A stretch of 64,000 nucleotides of DNA. Source: Neoechinorhynchus agilis (Eukaryota; Animalia; Acanthocephala). The notes beneath the pieces were generated by a model. It was not told the DNA's origin. It was given only the letters and a program-made list of their open reading frames with translations, and searched no databases. Positions 21,227-33,415 of the stretch are shown here, piece by piece (positions within the stretch are counted from its first letter, which is position 1; every line of letters starts with the position of its first letter). The stretch covers positions 4,434,389 through 4,498,388 of the forward strand of contig CM121343.1 in the NCBI GenBank assembly GCA_051530055.1, written 5' to 3'. The translations under genes and the position numbers were made by a program.

Positions 21227-24200
21227 TTAGATTCGGTAGCTTTTGCTCACATTTTTCGACTTCTCCGCTTCAGCTTTAGAAAGAGATATCTCGCTTGTCG
21301 AAGAGGGCATGATTTCTATATCTCTTAAATCATGCACTTGATTGAGTTTGAGTCCATACTCATTTGCCAACTGCAACAATGCGAAAAGTGCGACCGGCCA
21401 ACACTTAACCAATTCTTCGTAATCATTTGATGGATTGCTCATAGCGTATAGATCAGCAAATGAAATCACCTTAAATCCTTCATTTAATTTCTTACTCAAT
21501 GCTAGCTTTAATTTTCTTTTCATTTTCCCGAGATCCGCATGCTGGGCATTGTGCATATCCGCAAGTCTAAGGGCATTACGTTGATCCTTCGATTGAGTCG
21601 CTCCATATATACCATCTTGATGACAAGGATCGATCATTGTGAAATCAGCGACAGGATGAAATCCAGTGGCTGCAAAAGGAACACCATGATCCTGCTCACC
21701 TAAAGTATCTTCATCCGAAAACGATAGATTGAAGTGTACCTCCTCGGAAATATCGAGATCCGATATGTTAAAATCAACTAAGCTGTCATCCGTGATCAAA
21801 GGGTCATCCGTTAGAAACCATTTGCTCAAATCTGAATATTCAAAAAAATGCGAATGATGCAAGCGGATGAGATCATCAGCAAAGGTATTTTCCAATGAAC
21901 ACCCGATTCGGACGTTTCGAATCGTTTTAAATTTCTTAAACGATTCTAGTATTGCTTTCGTTGTCTCACTTGTAAAATCAAACCCAATAACATCTTCCGA
22001 CGATACTTTCTTCAACTTGTTTACCTTTTCCCGTTTTTTAGTCTTCGTCTGTGCATCAATTGGTTGGGAACTCGTTGATTTCTCGGATAAAACGCACGAT
22101 TTTGGTCGCGAATTCCAATTGTCTATATTATTCAATGCCTCAGATTGAATTCGAGCAAAGTCACGCAATAAAGAAGATCGTCTATTTCGGTTTCGCAACC
22201 TCAAGGCCGTTTAAATTAACGTAGTCAAAAGGTATAAAATTTACTCGTAGAATCTTTTAAAATTCCTATAACCGGTAAATGATTATTTATTAAAGACGTT
22301 TCGAACCACGTCGGGTTCATCATCAGTTCTAAAATACAAGTGGTTAAGTAATTATTAGCTAACTTCTAGACAATAATTCCAATCACATTCCCCGGCATCT
22401 CGTCACATATCGACATTTTAAAATTCCAATCAGCAACTTTTTTTATTTCTTTGATGATGGCGATGTCGTACGAAGAAAATTGATAGTATTGCAATAATGT
22501 TGAACTGGAATGCGAACAATAATTATATTGGCCTCTTAGAAAACAAAATAGAACTTAAATGGACTTTGAATAATTTAAATCTTTAAGTTGAAAAATTAGA
22601 AAACATATGATTCTCTACTAAAGATACAAAAACGACAAATGTGAGAAACTAAGAGTATTAAAATTTGAAAATTGGACTGTATTGGAATACCCTCTTAGCA
22701 GAAACTCCGAACTATTTACTAGTTAAAGAGATATGTTCGAATCGATGAATGCCGCGAGAATAAAATGAAAACTCAGTCTAAATCGGCAACATTGAGGAAT
22801 GCGAAATACGTGTAGAATGAATACTTGAGGTTTCAGGACCACCACCCCCAGAATCAGCAACTGCATCATTTGCTTCCTCGGTCACCATATTATCACAAAT
22901 GAGGTTGTCGAAATCGAATTGATCAGCGCCTACATCGATATCTACGATTTCACTAATTTTGTTTTGCGTGATTGGATTCAAAAGCGGTATTAAGTCATTC
23001 GGATTCTTGGTATCCAAGTAATTTTCGAGCGGTTCACAGATTACAGCCTTTTCAAAATCGTCTACAGAATTGTCGGCAAAAGGACTTTTGAACCATCCGT
23101 CCGCTGAGCCGAATTCCGGCATTAAGAAATGTCCTCCATATGATGTTTCAACGGAATAATTATGTATAAGCAGGTCACTTGATTTCTGATCTCTTCCAAA
23201 TAACATATTTTGGTCGCCGAAAATGAACAACTGCGATATCACGTCAATTCTGGGAGCAAACGTTGATCGATCAATCTTAAGGTTTATTTTATCTGTATTA
23301 AGAGCCAAATACGTTTTCTTCGTTTTATTTCGCGGCTTATATCGCTGGCGTGCAACGGGTTCTTCTACCTGAGCAGGAATGATTTCTAACGGGTCTTCGC
23401 AAATCGATTGAATGGTATCATATCCCAAACTCTGAATAGTCTTCACAGGATCGGTCTTTGTGACTCCAGCGAAACTTGAAACCGTACGGGTCGCTTGTTC
23501 GTGAAGGGCATCGACTCGGCGGGCATAGACCTTCCCGGTCACGTCAAGGCACGCTCCGGCATTGTCGAAATCGTCTCTATTTGACTTTACAAGACTCCCT
23601 TTTTTCACGGACTGCTTCACACGGTCTACTCTCATCTTCATGTACTCACTTAACTGATCAATCGTTTTAACTTCAAAAACATTACTATCCGTCAGTTTGT
23701 GTGAACTGAAATTTTGAATCGCTTGCCGGTACATTGAAAGCAATAACGAATCACTACCATTAGATATCATTGGAGAGATGCTACCGAGAAAAACGATTCC
23801 TCCTGAAACTCCATCGCGACAACCAGTGCCATTGGACGATACTTTCGCTGTGTCACCAGGCGCGGGTTTAAAAAGTTCGCCAGCAAAAAAAAGAACCGAA
23901 CCATGCACTTTCCTACTTTTCACAACCAAAGAACGCGCTGGAATCGCAATCAGAACACAAAATATACACAAATCGATGAATGGTGATTAAGATTTTTGAA
24001 CGCTCAATGCGTCTTTTAACTCTCAAAGAACGTAACATTTACTAAGGTCTACAAATCTTCTTCTGCCATGTGAAAATGTATCGTGAAATGAACTCTGAAT
24101 CATAAAGAGAAAATCCTATGGGATGATAGAATTGAAGATGTGGCGATCGTTTCCCCCTCCACGTAGAAAATATTATATTGCAGATATTTCGAAAGGGAAA

Positions 24201-24351
24201 GCCTCGCCTCTTCAAGCAATGACCGAGGCTTCCACTTCACATCTTCAATAAAATATTTTCTTTGGAATACGGTTTTTTTGGGTGATAGGAAAAATAAAGA
24301 TTGATTTGTCAATATTTCGTCCGTTTCGTCGGACTTCTTAGGGGCAAGCAA
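21227..24351 (-). CDS. NCAPH: Condensin I kleisin subunit (CAP-H/barren/Brn1), multi-exon; internal exons 22200-22780 and the first exon are not resolved
   Basis: N-terminal kleisin motifs SHKLTDSNVF..IDQL and FDNAGACLDVTGKVYARRVDALH in ORF 22778-23971. C-terminal winged helix ISFADL..WPVALFALLQLANEYGLKL..DLRDIEI in ORF 21227-22204. Confidence 0.85.
22286..22329 (-). ncRNA. Minimal type-I hammerhead ribozyme motif inside the NCAPH locus (sense strand)
   Basis: Minus strand reads GAA-CTGATGA-T-GAACC-CGACGT-GGTTC-GAAA-CG-TC-TTT-AATAAA: intact core, 5-bp helix II, palindromic ACGT helix III, GUC cleavage triplet, short helix I. Confidence 0.65.
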
Positions 24352-24486
24352 CCTGAAAAAGTCGGACGGGACGGATTTTGGAAATTAATAAATCAATCTC
24401 TATTTTTCTTATCACCAAAAATACATATATAAGAGCAATTAATTGTTCTGGTGCAACTTTACTCTTCCTCGATATTGATTGACTTA

Positions 24487-24530
24487 TTGTAAATTTTCGA
24501 CCGAATGCGGTCCTCTTCAGATATCTACAA
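24487..24530 (-). ncRNA. Hammerhead ribozyme-like motif with degenerate helix I
   Basis: Minus strand reads CTGAAGA-G-GACC-GCATTC-GGTC-GAAA-ATTT. Core and helix II are intact; helix I pairing is poor. Confidence 0.45.
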
Positions 24531-25599
24531 TATGGGCTTAAGTTATTAATTGGTGCTTGCATGAAAGGAACTCAGGTACCCGGGGTCGTGAAGCCCGAAA
24601 ATGATCTCACACTTCCTTCAGGGAAGTTAAGAGAAAAGTGGCCAAAACTATTCTCTAATTTTATTCCCCCCAATACAATCCAAAAAAATATAAGAACAAC
24701 TTTACAATCTCTTGAAATGTAAAATATTGTACAAATCTGGATACTTTAATTGTATGTTGAAGTTACTTTTAGATCTTTTAGCCATTAATATCAGGGTGGC
24801 TCTGTTAGAAAAATGGAATTTAGACGAACTCACCATGGAGAATATCCGGCCGATATGGAGCAAACTAATTGTTGCAATCATGTTGTGCGTTGTAGGACAT
24901 CAGGATTAAAATAGAAAAGATTGCCACAGTTTGCCGATACATCCTTGTGTTACATTCTCCCTTCTAAATTGTCGGTAGTGTGATTACAATAAGTTGCATT
25001 GAACAAGCGTCAATCGTCTTGAAGAACGGAATCCAAAAGGCACGGATGTAGCCAAATTGTCTTGCGGAATTTATCCAAAGGCGAACGGAGTTGAATCAGC
25101 GTTCATCGTTGCATGATCCAGAATACCAATGAATTAAGAAGTTTATCGCTCAGTCGTTACCGGCATTCTCGCTAGTGCGATTGGAATGATGGGATTTATT
25201 CACGAGTAAAAAGCCGTTATGCAATGAGTACGGAACCACTTTGTCTATTTAGATGCTAATCAACGACGAACAGTTAAAAAATAACTTTTTGTTGATTTAT
25301 CGGCATCATGGTCAAATGATGGCTCAGGATTGACTGTTCCCAACGAAGAAATCGCAGAAATTCAAACCGTTTTGGATTGATTTCTCAAATGTCTAGCATC
25401 TCTGATTTTAAAATTGAGCGCTAAGATCTCCAATTCTTAGTAAGTCGAACTTTTAGTCGTCGCCTTAGAGCTTAGCTAACTTGTGCTGATATTTAACGTG
25501 TAAGCGTTGTTACGGATCCACTATAAAAAAGGTCAATAAATACGGCTTTCATGAATCTCCTATAATTTACACTTTAAATTAACGAGACTTTCTTACTAA

Positions 25600-26360
25600 G
25601 CAACTGCGATGAATTCCCGTTTATCTCGCAAAGGTCGTAAACTGTACGGATGCTCAATTGTACTCAGGTTTGCAGCATCATGTCCATTAGAACTAAGTTC
25701 GAATTGCCGAATGTTTATTTTCTGTATCGAGATCGAGTGTGTTTTTGCGATTTGCTTAAGGCAACAAATTCTATTGATGTGTCCGACCAAGAGCTGTAAA
25801 CATAACCATCAACCCATTATTGTGTTCACTGAGCGATATAAAATTGCTGAGTCAACCAGGAGGTGTCGCCTTGCGTTCGCCCTCAAACTGGGCGTCTTAT
25901 TTCTGTAATCGATCACCTAATTTTTCTATATTCTTCTCTAGTTTGTGTTGTTGACAGAAGAGCAATTTGTTATTTGGTTTCGTGATGTACTGGAAGCGAT
26001 ACAATCGTAGAGGTTTGATTTCGTCTAGGAAAATATTAAAAAGAAGTGGTGACAACACAGCACTTTGAAGTACGCCTTTAGTGAGGGGTAGGCTGATCGA
26101 GTGGGTCGATTGGCAGTAAATGTATTGTTTGCAATTGTGAAGATAAGAGGCGAGCCAACGTGTCTGTCACAAGTTGAGACCGAAATCCGGAGAAGAAGTG
26201 AATGGTCCACGGAGTCGAAAGCTTTCGACAAATCCAGTTGAATGAGACGGGTGACGTGGGAGGAATTATTGTCCAGGTTGCGTAGGAGCGTGTCATAAAT
26301 TTGGGCAAAGAAATATAAAGATTATTTTCCCGAGTCTTTTTTACACAAGAAGAGTTTATA
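25600..26360 (-). mobile_element. Decayed LINE (CR1/L2-like) reverse-transcriptase remnant
   Basis: In-frame translation YDTLLRNLDNNSSHVTRLIQLDLSKAFDSVDHSLLLRIS (RT motif A region); the downstream part is broken by stops. Confidence 0.75.
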
Positions 26361-28529
26361 TACATTCCAGCAACCACTCTGAGTCACTCAGCTACTATCG
26401 TTGAAAGGACGGATGCAGCGTTCCCCTTGCAAAGCCGGACTTATGTTTGGCCGAAGAAATTATCCTGTCTTCGGATCGTCAGTGATTTGTCTGTGTCTTT
26501 TAGACATTTGTTTGACCAGGTTCTGCGTCGCTGTGCCGGGCGACCCGAGCGTCGCAACGCCAAAGAAAACGAAATAATGATTTCGACCCAGGTCCCATTG
26601 TTTTGTCTTTTTGCGATCCTCTTTCTAGCAACGCATTAGCTTTTGGGGGGCACTTTTGTGACCGGAGGAGGATAATTCTTTTGTTATTTCAATTTGGTTA
26701 CCTCCTTCCTTATCTCGAGGATCAGAGATCAGCAATTTATCGAAGACAAGGGACTATGGAGTCAAATGGATGATGTGCAGTGTAAAAAACTTTAATGAGT
26801 GAATATGTGTACGAATCTTTAAATAAATAAATAAAATACTTAGACGAATACAGCAGCCACATTAAAAGAAGCGTTTTTGCTGCTGTGCGTGCAAGGCTTA
26901 GAATTAAATCCTAGATTAAAAGGGTCCACTTCCTTAATACCAATTACATAATCACTTTATCCGCCACAAACAATTCTTACAAGCACGTGAATTTTATACC
27001 TATGAAAGGTACCTTCCATTGCAGCTTAGATGTTAAAAAAACAAGACTAATCCACGGGCGGTGTGTAAAAGGCGATAGATGCAAGGAAATGATGGAGAGC
27101 ATCCTTCTAAAATAGTGTTTTCCTTTTGGGAGATAAATGAAGTTTAGAATAAAAGTCATCGTTTAAGTGGAGAAAAGTAGCGTATGAACTAAGAAATGAT
27201 TTATGCAAAAATGGTGTAAAAAATTATTTTAAATAAAATGTTCCTTTCGTAAATTCATGCAGAATCCGTTAGATTGTTCCAACCTAGACGACTAATTGCA
27301 ACGGTAAGAGTAATTCAATCACTGAAACACGTTATCAAGGAAGCTGATTCCTAAGAAATTCTCAGGCGTCATATGCTTTCTTAAAGGCGAAAATTGGTTG
27401 TGAGGCTCGGTTTTCGTTTAATCTTAAAGGGAGTTCTGAAGATGAAACCCGAGGAATTATAGTGTTTTTAAATTTACTCTATTGCAAAGAATAAAAACCA
27501 TTACCGAAATGGCGTTTTAAAGTTATCGAAAATGGGTTTATAAACCTGTGCTTCCATGGTTCTTAAGTCTCGGATATAAAAAGAGTTCTTCACAATACCA
27601 CTGTTTTCTGGTTGATAGTATCTAAAGTAAGAATTTACGATAAGTGCTATCGCAAGTAAACAAAACATTCTTTTTAGAGCAATAAAGTACAATTGGACTC
27701 TAATCAAATCGTTTAACTCCTGACAAAACAAACAATGACCCAGTGTCGGGATAATAATAACACTTTCTATTCAGTTTCCAATCGGGATTTTCCACATTAG
27801 AAAACCTTCCTCTGTTCCTTGCTGCATCATTGGATTGAGTTCTACGATATCTAGTCCCTGTTTAAAGTTAAATAGGGCTTTTCCTTGTAAAAAATATCGC
27901 AGATAACGACAATCCTTAATTCGTATCATTATTTTTCCTGGTTAGAGGTGCGCAAATTGCAGATTTCACTATATCGACCTCTCTTCTTCACTATTCTACT
28001 TTGTCGTTAATTCAAAATCGTCTTCGTCTCGGCTATTCGATAAGTCTCGCAGTCCTTGATAATGGCGGGTTTCTCCCATGCGAACTGTCCAAGGAGGAGC
28101 GGTTCAAACAATGATAAAACCGTGATAAAGAACTACAATTCATCACTCTCGTGGAAAATTCTACTTCACCCTAAAGAGGATTTTCGAATGATCGATCGAT
28201 GCTGTATCCGTTGGGAAAAGAGCAATCACGATCAATACTCAAGTTGATTTTACACTGAATATCCCATATAAATGACCTGAAAATTGAATTATTCATGTAT
28301 TTATAAGGCGGATAAGTTGAAGTAATCTATTCATTCAATCTGAAATTTCGGCACTATAAAAAATAGAGATTATTGATGCGGACGAGAAGTCCAAATGTCA
28401 AATAGCAGACATTTGAACGTTTTAAATGCAACTCACCTCCAGAAGTAGGGCGCATAAAATTATATGAGTCTCGGCTAAGGCATAAAGCCACACAGATCTC
28501 TTACATCAGAGAAGTGATTGAATCACTTA

Positions 28530-28720
28530 GACTTTGATGCATACGGTAGAGAGTTTGTACGCATCCCTCCGGATCCTCAGATACCTCCCGAGGAGGCGGA
28601 AGTTCGTCTCCTTTTGGTTGTGCGTCATTGGCGACTGTGGAATCGAACCCATCCGCCCTGAAGCAGGGATCGGGAGCATTAGTCCACATGACGACCTCAG
28701 CACAACTGCGGAATGTACAA
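28530..28720 (-). mobile_element. tRNA-headed SINE-like repeat, family B, copy 1
   Basis: Minus strand GCTGAGGTCGTCATGTGGACTAATGC...GGGTTCGATTCC (A/B-box-like) followed by a body (GCCAATGACGCACAACCAAA...GAGGTATCTGAG.ATCCGGAGGGATGC) shared with 36250-36480. Confidence 0.6.
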
Positions 28721-29107
28721 ACATCGGCCAGTATTTATACCATCGATGTGAGTGTTTTTAATTCTTATATGTTACTGGCAAGCCGAGTCTTTTTGATTCC
28801 GGTGATTACATTTCGAGTCCTCGGCTATTGGCATAAGGCCACGGCATGAAGGAGTCTAAGTGATTCAATGACTTCTCTGGCATCATGCCAAAAAAGCCGG
28901 GAATCTAATAACCTGAATCAAAAGGCCCTGCTCGCCAGTACATTTCAGAATAAAATGCTTATAGCATGCGTTAGTTGAATTATCGTTGTATTGTGATTGG
29001 CTGTAGGATTATTGGTCGAGCGACTTTTTTCTCTCGCTAATTACGGTCAAATATCGGCGGCATAGTTCCCTAAAGCGACTTTACATAAAAGTTCGGTTTA
29101 TTAAATA

Positions 29108-30460
29108 TCAAAGTAGGACGGGTGCACGATGAGTCATAGGAGAATACGTCACACAGAATTGTAAGTTCAGAACGGCGCCTTCTACGGAAGTAAGTACGAT
29201 TGGATGATCGTCCGCACTTTGCATTCGACTCACAATCACGTGCTTCTGGCGGGTGGCGCACATTCCAGGAGGGAAGGTTAGTTTGGTGGATTTTGGAATC
29301 ACGGATGAGGATGTGTTTGAATGTACAAGAGTCCGCGTTTATTTACTAAAACGGCACAACGCCTTTCTCAGAAAGTCTTTGGAATCAGGATTGAACTTGA
29401 CTACTTCACCTTCCGTGAAGTGGGTATCAATGCAATCAATTTGATCGTCAACAACGGCTCGTAGTTCTCGTCTGTCGCCATTTACTGAGGACAGTTCATA
29501 TCCCTTCAGAGTCCCTCTCAGTGGTCCTATCACTTGTTTCCCCATGGATATTTTTTCCATCGCTAAGCGCGATACGAGCGTTTCATATGGTGATGGCGTA
29601 ACCCTAAGGCGAAGGACCAATACTGTATTCGTTTGACCAATCCTATGACACCTATCCTGCGCCTGCTCATCAATCATTGGATTATAATCACTTTCAAAGA
29701 TAATCACTGTGTCCGCAGCCGTTATGTGACCACTGGTCATGGTAATCGATTTGTTGCAAACATTCCGCCGGACAATGCGGTCGTCCAAAAAAGGATTCCC
29801 CCAACGGGTTTGGTCTTTCCGAACAAGAGTTTGGAATCTGAAGATCACAATAGAAAAGAAGAATACTCGTTAGCTGTACAACACTGGAGGAGGCAACGTT
29901 TTCATCTGTGCATCTTTTATTTCCCGGTAAACACTGAGGAGAGATACAAACGTACGGATCTCACTTTTTTTTCATTCGTGGAAAATTTATGAAGCGAAAC
30001 GGGTTTCCATGACCAGTGATTTTTTTAAATTTAAACCTAACCCGGCAGCCCTTGTGCTGAGAAGCATGACACCGGCTTCCCGTTTGTTGAATTTCTCTAA
30101 TTGTTCTTCTCGTTTTGCGCAAGGCATTTTCCCATCAATTCGACAAACTTGAACTTTGAGGGTATTAACACAAAATCGCTCAATTATGTCCAGAGCATCC
30201 AGAAGTTGTCCGAAAATGAGAGTACGATGGTTTTCTTTAATCAATCGTGGAACTAAAAAGCTCAATGCATGGACTTTAATACCTGCATAGTTCTCATACA
30301 TGCTGGGTGTGAACACTCCGGACACATCGTCCACATAGCGATCCACGAAATTGAAATATTCATGGATTTGCGATTATTCTGAAAATGAGAAATCATCCCC
30401 ATGATAGCCGTTTGGAGTGACTTTCCAAAAGAAGCCGTGGTCCTCTCATATATCGAGACC
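29108..30460 (-). pseudogene. SNF2-family helicase C-terminal (HELICc) half, pseudogenised and interrupted by an insertion
   Basis: HRTLIFGQLLDALDII, CRIDGK, MLLSTRAAGLGLNL | TAADTVIIFESDYNPMIDEQAQDRCHRIGQ. In-frame TAA/TGA stops upstream and downstream; no N-terminal ATPase lobe seen. Confidence 0.85.
29725..30025. mobile_element. 301-bp MITE-like insertion bounded by TA, with 12-bp subterminal inverted repeats CACTGGTCATGG
   Basis: Inverted repeats at 29731-29742 and 30007-30018. Removing 29725-30025 plus one TA restores aat-tta-acg-gct (N-L-T-A) of the SNF2 motif GLNLTAADTV. Confidence 0.75.
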
Positions 30461-31109
30461 AATTAATTTTGAATGGAGATTAGGCGCACTTCGATAGCGC
30501 ATGTAATTTTACGACCCTTCCTTTTCGCTAAGAATATTCTTTTGGCCAAATAAATTGCAGACCATTTCTGCTGAGACGTCCGGATCATAGCCATTACTAT
30601 AGTTTCAATGATTTTGGATTTTAGTGCCTTTGAAACAAAGGAAGTGCCGTCACTGGAGCATTTATCTTTCTATTTCCAATATTTAACAAAATCAGGTGAT
30701 CTTACATCAAGACGTCTAGGCATAATTGTTAAGAACCCTTTAAAGTTGGGACTCTTATTGCTACCCTTTGAGTGTTTCACTCAAATTCCTGAGGACAACA
30801 TCTAATCTCACCTCATTTATCTACGGGGAAGCGTGCATCGAAGGTAGAAAAGAGCCAACCCGCTTTTTGTCGAGACTTAGTTGAATCAATCTTTTGAAGG
30901 TAACAGATTCAGTAGACGAATTTGTGTTGTATATTCGGCAGTTGCATTTTTTGATTCCACAGTAAATCGAGAACCGAACTTTATTAGCATTGAAACTAAT
31001 TAGATCATCAACTCGATTATGAAGACGAAGACTGCAGCTCGGTTATACTACACTAAAGGGGTCACACGCGGAAAATCTCAAGAAGAAGAGGCACATTGAT
31101 CCGACTCAC

Positions 31110-31206
31110 GAGGTTTATAGAATACAATACACACAATGTGATAGGGTGTACTTGGGACGAATGATGCAAATCGCCCAACATAAGCAAGCCTGCCGTCGAT
31201 TTGAGT
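31110..31206 (+). mobile_element. Penelope-like element remnant (GIY-YIG endonuclease fragment)
   Basis: Translation EVYRIQYTQCDRVYLGRMMQIAQHKQACRRF resembles the PLE 'VYKIPC..C..VYIG.T...I.EH' signature; a hammerhead motif lies 250 bp downstream on the same strand. Confidence 0.55.
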
Positions 31207-31445
31207 ACTCTTCCCAATCACCAAGATACTCTGCAACATCGCACAGATTTAGCAAAACCTTAAATACGCGCATTAAACACCATGGAAGGAAAATACTTTA
31301 GCTTAAAACTATCTACCGACAACGTGTTAAAAATCAATGAAAAAACAACGTAGCGTAGAGGTACGAGCGGCCATACGGTCCCCGAATCTCTGAAATGGCG
31401 ATTCCGCTAACCCTAGCCATACATTGCAAAACACCTTAAAAAACT

Positions 31446-31500
31446 TTTTAGAGGACTGATGAGGCGAGGCATCCTCGCGAAATATTTCATATCCATAAAA
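31446..31500 (+). ncRNA. Type-I hammerhead ribozyme motif
   Basis: TTTTA-GA-GGA-CTGATGA-G-GCGAGG-CAT-CCTCGC-GAAA-TATTTCATA-TCC-A-TAAAA: 6-bp helix II, GGA/TCC helix I extended by TTTTA/TAAAA, AUA triplet. Confidence 0.7.
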
Positions 31501-32092
31501 TATCTTTTATCCGGGATTATGATCATCCCACAAATCAAACTATATCATCCAGAAGGATTTTCTTGGCGATTGAAATAAGTATATAGCGAAATTCTTGGTT
31601 GAGCCGTTTAAACAGAATTCCCACAATGCTGGGTGCCGGTTCTGAAATTTTCGTGTTGAATGATAATTTTATGCTTTTTTGTCAGAATCGTCTTTATTTT
31701 TTCTAAGAAAGTTGTTATAAACTGAGAAATCAATTACAGCTTACATTAGGCCCATTACATGTCATCCGGACACTGGCAGTGTTCCCACGCTGGAGCGCCA
31801 GACTCAGGTTTTGTCGCAAGAAAGTGAAGCATTAAAAAAATTGATAGCCGATTTTTAAGGGAATAATTTCGGAACCTTTTTGCTGACAATGTAGTATATT
31901 CTAAATAATCATAAGAACCTGGTTTTCACAAAGTTTAGCAATGGTTGGGAAATTCGCAAATAAAAAGTTGAAGGGAATAGCTTTGGAGCCTTTTGCTGAC
32001 TACTTCAAATAATCCGACATTTTCTAATACGCTTTCTTCTCTATATTTATGAATATTCATAAGAATCATTTTGTTTTTCAGAACCAATAATA

Positions 32093-32879
32093 ATGGGCGA
32101 TGGTAATATGGTACTTGCAGGTTTATTAGAAAGATTAAAGAATGCGAATTGTATTTCCTCACGCGAAATGATGTTCGATGCAGTTGGCCGGATAAGATTT
32201 GTTATTGATGAAATTCTGTGTGCTGACACGATGACTCTTAAAACCAAAGAAGAGAAGATGGATACATTTATCGCTTTTCAAAAGGCTGTCGATGAATATT
32301 GTGCTGCGATTGCGCTGTGTAATGATCAAATCGCATTAGAAGATTTGTTAGTAGGCGTCAACAATCTCAGGTGGTTGCAATTAGAATGAGATGGTTGGTT
32401 TAGAGACGTCAGAGAAAACAAAACGGATCACCGATATGATTATTGGCACTAGCGAAGAGCTTCTCACCGCTCACTTAAAAATGGTTGGTATTGAACACAA
32501 TCTTGACCGTGCTGTTGAACGAGTCAACGAGTCAGAGAAAAAGGACGTTTCATCCATTGTACTCACGGCTCAGAGATTTGGTCTCTGCCATTCGACCGCA
32601 GGTTTACTGGATACGGGTCGTGATAGTGACGTAAAGGGACTTTATCCATCCTCATCGGATATCGTAGGTTTCACATCATTCTACGATGCTGATGCATACT
32701 CGCGATACACTGAAGAGTTAAACCTTACTCGCGTAACGTCTGTAAGATATAGAGATGATGGGGAATTTGAAAACCAATCTCTGGTGGATATAAATCAATT
32801 AATAGACGAAACGCAAGGCGGTCAATGTAGTTCCAGCAGTACGGAAAGTTTAGATGACCATTTAGAAGAATACCTATAA
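32093..32879 (+). CDS. Hypothetical protein split over two abutting ORFs (32093-32389, 32391-32879); possible frameshift
   Basis: Two consecutive long ORFs one base apart, preceded by a TTTTTCAG acceptor; no motif recognised. Confidence 0.35.
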
Positions 32880-33415
32880 GAATAAAGTAGATGATTGTTT
32901 TCGCCTTTTCCAATGCAATTCGGAATCACATTACCATTCGATTGTCGTCAAGAATCACAAGATTTTTGACAAGTTCATAAAAGACGGACATTACTAAACG
33001 ATTGGCTTATAGTGATAACGTTTACAATGTTTTACACAATGAATTGGTTAGGTTTGAATAAAATCATTAAGTGCTCGATATTAAATCAGTTCACATCACG
33101 TAACAGTGAATTTTCGAAGGCTGAAATCACGTCGATTCCAGTGATCGTTTAATTGTTAATTCTTTTACGGCCATTACTTTTATCTCTCTCTATGTCCCAG
33201 AATCATATCGCATTGTAGCAGGTGTTCAGAACGGCTTAATATCAAGTCTTCACATTTCACAGACCCTTCCAATATCCCTATTTGGTCATTTTTCGGAATG
33301 TCGATTGTGCCAATTTTACTTAGTTCCACGTAAATCGAAACGGAGTTAACATTTATAGATCGTCCTGAAGAACAAATCGGTACGAGTGAAGTTACGAGTT
33401 CTGAGATCTTTTATA

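Noticed and set aside
28630-28700. Functional tRNA genes at the SINE heads (also 36400, 36950, 38360, 38700)
   Set aside because: A/B-box-like motifs are present but acceptor and anticodon stems do not pair by eye, and each head is fused to a shared downstream body.
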